A stretch of DNA of 64,000 nucleotides, from positions 1-64,000 of the forward strand of contig JBCCQQ010000016.1 of NCBI GenBank assembly GCA_039024555.1. The letters are read 5' to 3'. This document shows, one piece after another, positions 19,136 through 29,184 of this stretch. Position 1 is the first letter of the stretch. The number at the start of each line of letters is the position of its first letter. This stretch comes from Cyanobacteria bacterium P01_D01_bin.156. Lineage in GTDB: Bacteria; Cyanobacteriota; Cyanobacteriia; Phormidesmidales; Phormidesmidaceae. The position numbers and the translations under genes were made by a program. The notes below the pieces were generated by a model. That model did not search any database, was not told the DNA's origin, and saw only the letters and a program-made list of their open reading frames with translations.

Positions 19136-21310
19136 TTAGGTAATTAAACTAATGGTGTGGCCCGAGCGCAGTTGGGCATCGGCCCAGGAGCACACCAACC
19201 CTAGGGGACCTGGTTTGACCACATTTTCTGGCGCTAGCTGGCGTACCCAGTCATCGCCCTGGCGACGCACTTCGTACAGCATGACGGCCCCCAGATACCG
19301 CACACCGGTTACCCCCTGCAACAACGTAATAATGTCCGACGGGTGAACGGCGGTCCCAAAGGGCCATCCATCGCCCTTGCGTCCGCCTACTAAGGGATTG
19401 AGGAACCGGTACAGGGCCACCTGGAGATCGTGCAAAATCGCCTGCTGTGCCTCAGGAGAGCCATAGGCCGGGTCAATGGCCACTTCAGTTTTGACACTCA
19501 CCCCCACATAGTCCGGGGCCATCAGTTTTACCTGTACCCCCAGAGGGCGGCGCTCATCTAAATATTGGGTGACCTGCTGGGTCAGGGTAGGTGTGAGGTC
19601 AAAGGCGTCTGGGGCAATCCCCATGGCGGCATCAATGCCAGCAACATTGGCCTGGGGCACCACCATCACCGCTACCATTCCCGGCTGATGGTTAATGGCC
19701 TTGGGACACATACTGCGGGCCACGGCTCCCTGACTGCCCTCAATGGCTAAGGTCTCAAAATCTTCTGGGGTAACGGCGCGATCGCGAGTGCGCAACAACC
19801 GGGGCACCCGCACCACTGCATCATCGAGGGATTCGGCATCGGCTCCGTGGTAAGCGGCCCTGTGGTTAATGACTGAAGCTACATAGGGCACCGCTGACTT
19901 AATCACCCGCAGGGTGTGGGGTTGCACATTTCCCCGCTGCCCGCCGCCGGTGCGATAGGCCCGCATGGTCAGCACGGCCCCCCGTGGTGGCACCGCTCCG
20001 TACTGACGCTCTAATAGTTGGGGGGTGGCGGTAAGCACATTGGTGCCGTTGGTCTGTTGTTGCGATCGCACCCGTGTTGCTGTTTTTAGCTGCCCCGGCT
20101 CCCGGATCAGCGGGCCAAACTGGACCATCCCCGAGAGAGAATCAATTGTATAGTGCCAATCCTCCGGGCCAGAATCGGCAAAATCGTTGACTTCCTGCCA
20201 ATCTTGTTGAATGCCATTGGGCAAAATCACCGACAGAATCTCTGACTCTTCCCGTGGCAGCACCGGTTTACTCTGCAGCTGAAACTGCTGCCCAGGCTGC
20301 CCGTTACTTTCTCCTAGCAGTTCATCCCGAATCAGGGTGCACTGGCTGGCATCAATGGTGCCACCAATGGACCGTGCCCCCACACTCAACAGTCGAGGAG
20401 AGCTGGTATAGGCGGCCACCCCCGCCGTTGCTTCAATACAAACACAGCGAACCCAACGCCCCCGGTAGCTAGCAAAATCTGTCACCGGAAACTGTTGTGG
20501 CAAATGCAACACCACTTCACCCCGCTGGATGTCGCTGTCACTGCCCGTATTGTAAAAACTAAACCCCCGAGTTTCATCGTCACTTTCTTGCAACAGCACC
20601 GGTACCCAACGATAGCCGTTCCACGCTTCCCAACGACGGGGCGGCATTTCTGGTCGAATACCGGTCGGTGTGGCTGTTTCCCCTTCAAAATTTAGGGCAA
20701 TCACATTGCCTTCCAGGGATTGTTCTGGAGCCAGCACTAGATAAAAACTGTTGCCCGTCTGGGGTGTAGAATTAAAAATTTCCTGTTCGCTACCGCGCCA
20801 CTGGCCATCTGCTTGGCGGGTCCAGCGTACCGAAAGACGATCTTGCAACACATTTGGTACAGCCTCCGCCGTTTCCGCTGTCAACAGATGGTGAATATGG
20901 GGCAGGCCAATGGTTAAAGGACGATCGGTACTAAATACAATTGCCTCATCTATTTCAGTACGTTCAGTCGCCACCTCCACCGCTCCTGAAATCTCGTAAG
21001 GCTCCGGTAAACTGGCCGCCAAATAAAAGGTGATTGGCGTATGGGCGGGGGCGGGAGGCTGCAGACGAATACCCAACAACTCCAAAAAGGCAACATAGTT
21101 GCGGCGGGGCACCTGGTTAAACCGCATCATCATCTGATCGGTGAGCCAGCCAAACAGCTCCACCATGGTGATGCCGGGATCGCTAGGGTTGTGGTTGGTC
21201 CACTCGGGGCAGTAGCGCGGCACCCGTAGCAAACATTCTTCCACCAAGTCTTTAAAGGTGCGATCGTCTAAATTTGAATTTGGTAGTTTGGGTAAAAAGT
21301 CAAATTCCAT
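19136..21310 (-). CDS. CIS baseplate assembly protein (baseplate J / Afp11-like)
   Basis: LDDRTFKDLV..PEWTNHNPSDPGITMVELF, YRTGGG..GNV, RDRAVTPEDFE; start at MEFDFLP. Confidence 0.92.
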   Translation of the reverse strand: MEFDFLPKLPNSNLDDRTFKDLVEECLLRVPRYCPEWTNHNPSDPGITMVELFGWLTDQMMMRFNQVPRRNYVAFLELLGIRLQPPAPAHTPITFYLAASLPEPYEISGAVEVATERTEIDEAIVFSTDRPLTIGLPHIHHLLTAETAEAVPNVLQDRLSVRWTRQADGQWRGSEQEIFNSTPQTGNSFYLVLAPEQSLEGNVIALNFEGETATPTGIRPEMPPRRWEAWNGYRWVPVLLQESDDETRGFSFYNTGSDSDIQRGEVVLHLPQQFPVTDFASYRGRWVRCVCIEATAGVAAYTSSPRLLSVGARSIGGTIDASQCTLIRDELLGESNGQPGQQFQLQSKPVLPREESEILSVILPNGIQQDWQEVNDFADSGPEDWHYTIDSLSGMVQFGPLIREPGQLKTATRVRSQQQTNGTNVLTATPQLLERQYGAVPPRGAVLTMRAYRTGGGQRGNVQPHTLRVIKSAVPYVASVINHRAAYHGADAESLDDAVVRVPRLLRTRDRAVTPEDFETLAIEGSQGAVARSMCPKAINHQPGMVAVMVVPQANVAGIDAAMGIAPDAFDLTPTLTQQVTQYLDERRPLGVQVKLMAPDYVGVSVKTEVAIDPAYGSPEAQQAILHDLQVALYRFLNPLVGGRKGDGWPFGTAVHPSDIITLLQGVTGVRYLGAVMLYEVRRQGDDWVRQLAPENVVKPGPLGLVCSWADAQLRSGHTISLIT

Positions 21311-21328
21311 CTGATAAGTTAGCAACGG

Positions 21329-21745
21329 CTATGATGATGGTTCAGTGAGAAAAAATGGATAAACCAAACTACGACGATGGTGAGTTTCTCGAATGCGATA
21401 GTTAAGCATGAGATTGAGACTTGCGGTCTCCGGTACAGGTTTGGACGTTACCGATTCTACTAAAACGCGAGGCTCCCATTTTTGGATGGCTTCACGGGCA
21501 TAAATTTGGGCCAAAAGTAGCGTGTCATCATTGAGGGGAGCAAAGACCAACTCATGGAGCCGAGACCCAAAATCAGGGCGGTATACTCTCTCGCCTAGAC
21601 GCGTACTGAGGATAATACGGATAGATTCTTCTAGGTTGCGATCGCCTTCACTGAGCTGCACACCTCCCTGGAGGGTGAGCCGAAAGGGAAATCCCCAACC
21701 CTGACCTAAAATTTCTGGTGATGACAATTCTTGATGTAATTTCAT
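21329..21745 (-). CDS. gp25/GPW baseplate wedge protein (Afp9-like)
   Basis: LGQGWGFP, ILSTRLGERVYRPDFGS, WEPRV, LVYPFF. Confidence 0.93.
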   Translation of the reverse strand: MKLHQELSSPEILGQGWGFPFRLTLQGGVQLSEGDRNLEESIRIILSTRLGERVYRPDFGSRLHELVFAPLNDDTLLLAQIYAREAIQKWEPRVLVESVTSKPVPETASLNLMLNYRIRETHHRRSLVYPFFLTEPSS

Positions 21746-22120
21746 CTGCAAAAATTAATTACTAGCAAGCTTGATAGAATGAATTACTTTCAATTCAGCG
21801 AAAATATTTCTAATTTGTTATCAATAGAACTACGTAGATGGCTAAGTTTTTAAGTGAGATCCAAATAAGTGAATTAGCTTCTCGATCATCCTAAAGTCCA
21901 TCTAAATAAAGGATTTTGCTTCATTGACTGCTTGGATTTTATATGTGAGAGCAAATAAAAATCACCGACTTAGTATCAAAAAAAATTGTCATCTTTTTTT
22001 TGTTATGTTAACCGTCTACCGTATACAAAACTTCCGTATTATTAACGATTCACGAACGTAGGTAGCATGGGGTAAAAAGAGATTACATAGATAAATTCTA
22101 TTTGATTTGACTGTCTCAAT

Positions 22121-22212
22121 ACCGTTCTGATTTTTGAGGCTCAGACATTTTTTCTAGCTTGGAGGTGATCTTTCAACGGATAAATTTACCTGTCCCAACG
22201 ATCAGCAACGGT
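22121..22212. mobile_element. Degenerate copy of the GCCGTTGCTGA MITE family
   Basis: ACCGTT-CTGAT ... ATCAGCAACGGT ends, 92 bp, no clear TSD. Confidence 0.45.
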
Positions 22213-22242
22213 TTTCTATCTACTGCGTGAGTAACTAAAGAT

Positions 22243-22458
22243 ATGGCCAAAGAACAGGTTGTTAAGCTTTTTCGCGAAGCTCAGGCAAATTCCACACTGC
22301 GTGACACATTGAATACAGCCCCTAACCCAGAGGCATTTGTAGCAATGGCAAACAAAAGAGGATTTGTGTTTACTGTTAATGAATGGCGTGAAATGACAAA
22401 TTTCTCTGTGGAAGAACTAGAATGTGAGCTGTCTATTCCCAATGTTCCTGGGATTTAG
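22243..22458 (+). CDS. Nif11-like leader peptide family protein
   Basis: M.KEQV..LF......LR..L.......FV.MA..RGF.FT..E pattern, 71 aa. Confidence 0.8.
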   Translation: MAKEQVVKLFREAQANSTLRDTLNTAPNPEAFVAMANKRGFVFTVNEWREMTNFSVEELECELSIPNVPGI

Positions 22459-22529
22459 TAAGGCAAAAACTGAGCAATCGGTGGTAGACAACTAACACTC
22501 AGGCCCAAGCGGTCTAAACACTAAACTCT

Positions 22530-22583
22530 AAAATCTCTTATCAAGCCTATGCTTAGTCATAGGCTTGATAAGAGATTTTTTTT
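22530..22583 (+). terminator. Long perfect hairpin terminator between the nif11-like gene and the convergent CRISPR array
   Basis: 22-bp perfect stem AAAATCTCTTATCAAGCCTATG / CATAGGCTTGATAAGAGATTTT, 6-nt loop, T-run. Confidence 0.8.
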
Positions 22584-22696
22584 GGAGGTGACTTTTGATT
22601 TAAGCGTTTTTTGTGATGGTATTGCTTTGCTTGAGGAGTAATTAGAGCAGTTGATATTATCTTGATGGAATCGATTACTGGATTGCTGATTTTGTT

Positions 22697-22732
22697 GTGT
22701 TCAACGCCTTGTGGCATCAAAGGTTTGGATAG
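22697..22732 (-). CRISPR. Single orphan CRISPR repeat of a different family (type I-B/Cas8b3-like, 36 nt)
   Basis: Minus strand CTATCCAAACCTTTGATGCCACAAGGCGTTGAACAC with GATGCC/GGCGTT stem; resembles the recalled cyanobacterial I-B repeat family. Confidence 0.65.
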
Positions 22733-22737
22733 AGTGG

Positions 22738-25475
22738 CGGTTCACCCCCACGCTGGTGGGGACAACTGTTGTTTTTGTTGGGGGAGAAGGACTATGGAAG
22801 CGGTTCACCCCCACGCTGGTGGGGACAACGGATTTTTGTGGCGACCTAAAATGTTGCCAAATCCGGTTCACCCCCACGCTGGTGGGGACAACTCTCGGCA
22901 CCTAGGCGAACGAAAGTTGCTACATCCGGTTCACCCCCACGCTGGTGGGGACAACACTGTCACCTCTGCCGCGCCTTGTCCTTACTGGCGGTTCACCCCC
23001 ACGCTGGTGGGGACAACGGTTGGTTTCTCTCTAACTTGGAAGGGCAAACGCCGGTTCATCCCCACGCTGGTGGGGACAACTAACACTTGTTAGCAACTTC
23101 CCGGTACCATAAACCCGGTTCACCCCCACGCTGGTGGGGACAACGTAGGTCTGCCAATGCCGCCGACATAGGGTCTACCGGTTCACCCCCACGCTGGTGG
23201 GGACAACCTATGGGGTGCTCGCGTTCGAAGTAACGACCCTGCGGTTCACCCCCACGCTGGTGGGGACAACGGAGCTGGATGATAAATCCAGGCGGTAATT
23301 TCTATCGGTTCACCCCCACGCTGGTGGGGACAACGCGCATATAGTCTTTATTTTGGATTTTGAGAGTCGGTTCACCCCCACGCTGGTGGGGACAACGATT
23401 CGGTGTCAGTGGCTGGATTGTTGAGTGTACGGTTCACCCCCACGCTGGTGGGGACAACCATATTGGCTACTTACAAAATTATCAAGGTTTTACCGGTTCA
23501 CCCCCACGCTGGTGGGGACAACTATCATCCTGTTGATAGGAGTAGCGCCGGAATCCGGTTCACCCCCACGCTGGTGGGGACAACCTGCTTTTTCCTGACA
23601 CATCCTCGTCCACCGCTAGCGGTTCACCCCCACGCTGGTGGGGACAACATACTGTCTCGCAATTCTTCAACTGCCACCACATCGGTTCACCCCCACGCTG
23701 GTGGGGACAACTGTGCACCATGCTTCACGAACAAAGCGAGCGTCCAGCGGTTCACCCCCACGCTGGTGGGGACAACTAATTCCTCCGCCTATTCGGCCAA
23801 GAGACTCCCTACGGTTCACCCCCACGCTGGTGGGGACAACGCAACCGTTTTTTAGGACGCTCTCCAACCAAGCACGGTTCACCCCCACGCTGGTGGGGAC
23901 AACGGAGCTGCTTTGTTCTCCTTGCGGAATGATGGCAACGGTTCACCCCCACGCTGGTGGGGACAACAATCTGCCTGCACCATTTCGGCAAGGCCCTTAA
24001 TCGGTTCACCCCCACGCTGGTGGGGACAACTGATGCCCACGCTGGGGGTGCTGTCTGGTATCTCGGTTCACCCCCACGCTGGTGGGGACAACGTCTGACT
24101 TCTGAAATATTGTTGCATGATTACGGCGGTTCACCCCCACGCTGGTGGGGACAACGCGCGCACGTAAACTATGGCATTCTTAGCTTGCTCGGTTCACCCC
24201 CACGCTGGTGGGGACAACGAGCGTTGCCAATGGCGGGGGTGGGTGAGGTGGTGCGGTTCACCCCCACGCTGGTGGGGACAACAGCCGCTTCAGCCGAGAC
24301 CAGGACAGGGAAATAACGGTTCACCCCCACGCTGGTGGGGACAACCACCATGAAAGGTCTACATCAATACCTAAGCTTCGGTTCACCCCCACGCTGGTGG
24401 GGACAACCAGTTTGCCATAGATTAATCGCCTGTAAAAGTTCGGTTCACCCCCACGCTGGTGGGGACAACTGGAACGCGAGTTTTGTGGTCCATCCGAGGA
24501 TCTGGTTCACCCCCACGCTGGTGGGGACAACGATCAACCCCACCCTGGAGCTTGGCTAGCATGTCCGGTTCACCCCCACGCTGGTGGGGACAACGATAGT
24601 TAACAGGCCTATTTAGTTACTCAGGCGCTCGGTTCACCCCCACGCTGGTGGGTACAACCTCAGTGGGACATCAGTATCCACCAGACGATCAGCGGTTCAC
24701 CCCCACGCTGGTGGGGACAACGGAACTGCTAGGACCGTACACCCCGGCAAAAGGAGGCGGTTCACCCCCACGCTGGTGGGGACAACATAGTCTTCTTGCC
24801 GCCCTATGGTCACACTTCAAAGGTTCACCCCCACGCTGGTGGGGACAACGCTGAAAGAATTCGGAATAAAATAGACAGCTCTGCCGGTTCACCCCCACGC
24901 TGGTGGGGACAACGAAGAGCGGACTAGGCGACCGCCCGTAGACACACCGGTTCACCCCCACGCTGGTGGGGACAACGCGGCGATATCTCCTGAGATCGTA
25001 TCCTGTGGCACGGTTCACCCCCACGCTGGTGGGGACAACGCTGTATCTTGATCTTTTCCGGCTTTCTGAATTCGGTTCACCCCCACGCTGGTGGGGACAA
25101 CTGAGATGATCTCTCATGTAGTTTGCCAGCCTGTTCGGTTCACCCCCACGCTGGTGGGGACAACCCACACCGCCATCAAAATCAACTAAGTAATCATCGG
25201 TTCACCCCCACGCTGGTGGGGACAACCTTTTCGTTGATGCCATTCCACAGAGCCTGCATCGGTTCACCCCCACGCTGGTGGGGACAACGGTACTGCGCTC
25301 AAACAGGGCTCTATCGATGTTCCGGTTCACCCCCACGCTGGTGGGGACAACCCATTGGTTACTTACTCCCAGAGCTGCGAACAGCCGGTTCACCCCCACG
25401 CTGGTGGGGACAACGGGAACTGCACCAGCAGTATCAACAAGGGACTCGGTTCACCCCCACGCTGGTGGGGACAAC
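22738..25475 (-). CRISPR. Type I-E CRISPR array, 44 repeats / 43 spacers
   Basis: 29-nt repeat GTTGTCCCCACCAGCGTGGGGGTGAACCG (minus strand), counted by hand; spacers 32-36 nt; single-base variants in repeats starting at 23052, 24503, 24630 and 24821. Confidence 0.98.
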
Positions 25476-25494
25476 ACTTCCAAAATAGCCGAAA

Positions 25495-25767
25495 TCATTC
25501 AACTTTAACCAACAGCACCCCCTCTATGTCTACCAATGACCTCGACGGATTTCCAAGCATTCGAGCATCAAACCCCTGTTCATTCCGCTTTGGATAGATC
25601 ATCACGGCAGATCCCCGTCCGAGTTTCTGCTCAATCAACTGCCAAAGCTCATCCCGAACTAACGCCGAAACTTTGCCAGCAAACACACCCGCCTTAATCT
25701 CAAACAACCAACGACTCAGCTCCCCACGCAGGACAGGCTTCACATTTTCCAAAACCACAACGATCAT
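25495..25767 (-). CDS. cas2: Type I-E Cas2
   Basis: MIVVVLENV...LRGELSRWLFEIKAGVFAG..SALVRDELW..NEQG..VDIEGVLLV. Confidence 0.95.
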   Translation of the reverse strand: MIVVVLENVKPVLRGELSRWLFEIKAGVFAGKVSALVRDELWQLIEQKLGRGSAVMIYPKRNEQGFDARMLGNPSRSLVDIEGVLLVKVE

Positions 25768-26678
25768 CAGCCCTCCTTATCCGCCCAATTTTTACCCCCT
25801 TCCACCGACTCCAAAACATCGTCCCAAAGAAAGCAAATCGGCTCCGCTTCATCGTCATCCCCAAAGCCCAGCACCCGGTCAATATCCTTCACCAGACGTG
25901 CCATTAAACGATAATCGCTGAACCGCTCCCGGCATTTTTGCCGCACATGGCGATCCAGATCAAAATACGTTTCCGCCACCGACTCAAAAGCAGCCGGAAC
26001 CGTTGTTTCCGCCTTGTACATATCAGCAATGTCGTACACAAACGACAGCGGCTTACCCGTATGAATAAAGCCCAGTGCAGGCGAATACCCCACCGAATGC
26101 AACGCCGCCTGACACACCGCATACAAGCAAGTATTCGCAATGGATAGCGCCCGATTAATTGGATTTGCTGCATCCCAATTCTCAGTTTTATAGTTACGCC
26201 CGGTCCACTCGACATCCGTTTTTTTACTCCAGCGTTGATACAGGGTGCGTACTCGGACACCCTCTAGCCCACGAATCTGCTGTAGACTCAGATTCTCATC
26301 AGGCGTTTCATCAAATCTAAACTCATACATGCGTCGTACTACTGCCAACCTTTGAATAGAGTCGGCCCAGAGTGTTGCCTGATGGATTAACCTGCGAGCA
26401 TTGCCCGCACCACTACGACCATGGGCATAAAACCGCATCAGATCTTGACCCACCCACTGTACCTCGCAGGCGTTGTCGGCCAACGTTTTGATGGCAGCAT
26501 GGGTGATGGATGTGCCCGGACCCAGTAGCAAGGTGCCAATGGCAGCACAGGGTACAAAGAATTTACTTTTTTGCTTAAAAACCGCGATCGCACGTTCATC
26601 TTGTTCTATCCGACAATGTTCGAAATAGAGAAAACTAATGCGATCGCGGGCCTTGGGCAGCGTTCGTAATCTGGCCAT
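25767..26678 (-). CDS. cas1: Type I-E Cas1
   Basis: LLLGPGTSITHAA, GLEGVRVR, GYSPALGFIHTG, FVYDIADMYK. Confidence 0.97.
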   Translation of the reverse strand: MARLRTLPKARDRISFLYFEHCRIEQDERAIAVFKQKSKFFVPCAAIGTLLLGPGTSITHAAIKTLADNACEVQWVGQDLMRFYAHGRSGAGNARRLIHQATLWADSIQRLAVVRRMYEFRFDETPDENLSLQQIRGLEGVRVRTLYQRWSKKTDVEWTGRNYKTENWDAANPINRALSIANTCLYAVCQAALHSVGYSPALGFIHTGKPLSFVYDIADMYKAETTVPAAFESVAETYFDLDRHVRQKCRERFSDYRLMARLVKDIDRVLGFGDDDEAEPICFLWDDVLESVEGGKNWADKEG

Positions 26679-26699
26679 AGTGACGATATAAAAAGACGA

Positions 26700-27335
26700 T
26701 CAGGCGCGGTAGCGAGCCACCGATAAAAGACCGCAGCCATAGGACTTCCCTCGGCCCAATCCCTGACACAGTGCTTGGATAAATGCACCGCTGTCGGTGA
26801 CCTCTAAAATGCCTTGGTACAGGGCGGTGGTAATGCGAATGGGAGATTTACCCTTTTTGCGACCAAATACATTGGGTGATGGGATGATATCGGCACCATG
26901 GAGGCGGAAGCCGTTGCGATCGCTCTGGCGCTGTAGCCATGCCAGCTGATCCTGCTGTTTGAAATAGCCAACCGTTTTGCGGGTTTCCTTATCCCGTTTG
27001 CTGGGGTTAGCCCTGAGACGAAACTGTAATACCTTGCCAGGTTCAAAGTTGTTGGCATCGTAGGCAATCGATTTAGTATTCTCCTGTTGCAAATAGCCTT
27101 TAGGTAGCTTAGACCAGTTAGGTTCAACAGCAGACTGTACCAGTATCTTATTACTCTCCGATTCTTGTCGGAATAGAATATTCCATTCATGACGAGGGTT
27201 CCAAGCATCTGGAGTATGTTGTTCTGCCTCATCAGGAAATGCCTGCATAATCTGTCGATGTAGCTCATGGGCATTACCTAAATCTCGTCGCACTTTACGA
27301 GCATGGTCATTGAGAATTAACTGGGAGAGAAACAT
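26700..27335 (-). CDS. cas6e: Cas6e/Cse3/CasE
   Basis: HELHRQIM..FP, FRLRANP, GLGRGKSYGCGLLS glycine-rich loop. Confidence 0.95.
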   Translation of the reverse strand: MFLSQLILNDHARKVRRDLGNAHELHRQIMQAFPDEAEQHTPDAWNPRHEWNILFRQESESNKILVQSAVEPNWSKLPKGYLQQENTKSIAYDANNFEPGKVLQFRLRANPSKRDKETRKTVGYFKQQDQLAWLQRQSDRNGFRLHGADIIPSPNVFGRKKGKSPIRITTALYQGILEVTDSGAFIQALCQGLGRGKSYGCGLLSVARYRA

Positions 27336-27967
27336 TGATTTTTATCCAAAAAAGAAGACTCTACACAACGACTGCCAAAGAATCGCTTTTGCCAATCAAT
27401 CGGTACATCTTGCCTCACATCTAAACTGTTCGGCACTTCCACAACGCACCGCAGCTGTTGCGGTAGTTTGTTAATGGATGCCTGAGAACGCTGTAATTTA
27501 TGCTCTAGAGCCTCTATGAGGGGTAAATCATAGAGGCCAATTCTGACAGGACAGCTAGGAATAAAGCTTTTGCGCCCAAGGTAAAGTTGCCAAACGGGAG
27601 CCAGCAAGGCATTATCCAAAGAATCAAGTAATGCTTGATCTTGGCTTTCTAAGCCCACCAGATAATCACCATCGGCAACATAGTAACGATGGCTAATGAC
27701 GGTGCCCCCCTTGCCCCCGCCGGATTTAATCCCATCCATTACGGTGTGATAATCCTTTTGGACAACACCTTCTTGATTGATGCGGACTCCCATTTTGAGG
27801 GCAGATAGGTCCGCGACAGGTTCCCAGCGGGGTCGCCCCAACGCGGCACACAGTAACCCAATCACTGCTGATTTTGTCGGTTCGCGTCGGGTATCTCGAA
27901 TGGTAAATCGACTGTGATCGCCCCAGCTCATCATCGGTGATCGCATTCGCATGAGTAATGTGGGCAT
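27317..27967 (-). CDS. cas5e: Cas5e/CasD
   Basis: PMMSWG..R.T..EPTKSAVIGLLCAALG, DYHTV, LYLGRKS. Confidence 0.95.
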   Translation of the reverse strand: MPTLLMRMRSPMMSWGDHSRFTIRDTRREPTKSAVIGLLCAALGRPRWEPVADLSALKMGVRINQEGVVQKDYHTVMDGIKSGGGKGGTVISHRYYVADGDYLVGLESQDQALLDSLDNALLAPVWQLYLGRKSFIPSCPVRIGLYDLPLIEALEHKLQRSQASINKLPQQLRCVVEVPNSLDVRQDVPIDWQKRFFGSRCVESSFLDKNQCFSPS

Positions 27968-27969
27968 GG

Positions 27970-29130
27970 TTAGTTACCTCCAGGAAAGGCAGCTGCGATC
28001 GCATCTTTAAGCAGTTCTTGAACAGACGGTTTTTCGTAGTCTGCTAGATGCTTTAAATGCTCGGCCAGTTGCTCACGGGTAACGATGCCTTTAAATGCCA
28101 CTGAGTCATCCCCATACATTTTGCATAGGTCTGTCCAATGCTGATCTAAACGAGAAATTGCATTGCCCAATAAACTTTTGTTATTTCTTGGTGCAACCGG
28201 TTCTTCAAAGGCATCTACCAATGAAACAGGCTGTCCCTTACGTACTACAACCATGACCGCAGCGGGTAGGCTGTGGGCCGCAAACCCATTTTGATGACCG
28301 GTGGGAATGGCTTGAATAAAGGCGTCTGAAAAGGCTTTGGTGATGATGGCTCCTTGGTCATCACTACCTAGATTTTTTTCTAGTTGCTGGGTATCTACCA
28401 CCGTAAATCGATAGTATGTGGAGCTGTTATACCCGGTTTCTCCCAGGTGATCGGCCCCGGCGTCATCATTACCATCCAGGTCACTGGTGTCGCTCAGATC
28501 GTCAACCGCTGTAAAGAAGTCGAACTCTTGCTGTAGCTTGTTAACACTAATGGCATGGGCCATCTGTACTGAGGCATCTACGTTGACCGAAGGCAACGAC
28601 GCCATCATGCGACCAAAGAGGGCAACGTCGCCCGGCTTACCCGTAGTTGCTAAAGATTTTTCAATGACTTTGCCAATGTTGGGATCTTTCTTGGGTAGAG
28701 CCGGTGTTTTACCCGTTAAGCCAGGTGCGATCTCGTCCCAGTTTTTGATCAAAATATCGGCAATAGCTGCAATTTCAGTTTGTCCCAAAAACAAGATCGT
28801 TTTGGTTTTACCTGGTTTCTTTGGATCCTCATCTGCCCCTAAATGACTCAAGGCTAACTTAGCGGCAATTGCCGCTTGTTCTTCCTCAATATCTGCCGCC
28901 ATCAAAAGCGGCTTCAGTTGAGATAGCCAAGAACGAGACCGGTTGGCAAAATTATCAGGATTCAAGTCTGAATGCTGCTGATAGTGAAGTCTAACCGCCC
29001 GCTTTTGGCACTGGCTAGAAATTCTGGCCCGAGGACGTCCACCAAAGACCGTTGACTTAGGCATTCCGTTCTCATCTCGGTTCAGGTTAGCGGGGGGAAA
29101 GCTCTGTAGAACATGGATTTCAAATTGCAT
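27970..29130 (-). CDS. cas7e: Cas7/Cse4/CasC
   Basis: NLNRDENGMPK..FGG..RARISSQ..KR, DVALFGRM, DFFTAVDD. Confidence 0.96.
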   Translation of the reverse strand: MQFEIHVLQSFPPANLNRDENGMPKSTVFGGRPRARISSQCQKRAVRLHYQQHSDLNPDNFANRSRSWLSQLKPLLMAADIEEEQAAIAAKLALSHLGADEDPKKPGKTKTILFLGQTEIAAIADILIKNWDEIAPGLTGKTPALPKKDPNIGKVIEKSLATTGKPGDVALFGRMMASLPSVNVDASVQMAHAISVNKLQQEFDFFTAVDDLSDTSDLDGNDDAGADHLGETGYNSSTYYRFTVVDTQQLEKNLGSDDQGAIITKAFSDAFIQAIPTGHQNGFAAHSLPAAVMVVVRKGQPVSLVDAFEEPVAPRNNKSLLGNAISRLDQHWTDLCKMYGDDSVAFKGIVTREQLAEHLKHLADYEKPSVQELLKDAIAAAFPGGN

Positions 29131-29184
29131 GGTTTTTCTCCTAAAAACTTGAAGGGTTGATTAGCCGTGATAGTGGCAAAGCAC

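Noticed and set aside
22584..22696. AT-rich tract as the leader of the I-E array
   Set aside because: Repeat orientation (ending GAACCG on the minus strand) and cas gene direction place the leader at the cas2 end; not fully excluded
22767..25446. Spacers self-targeting CIS or cas genes in this window
   Set aside because: No match noticed by eye; needs a proper alignment, so not claimed
22662..25597. Many ORFs with repeating FTPTLVGTT / VHPHAGGDN / GSPPRWWGQ peptides
   Set aside because: Translations of the CRISPR repeats, not genes
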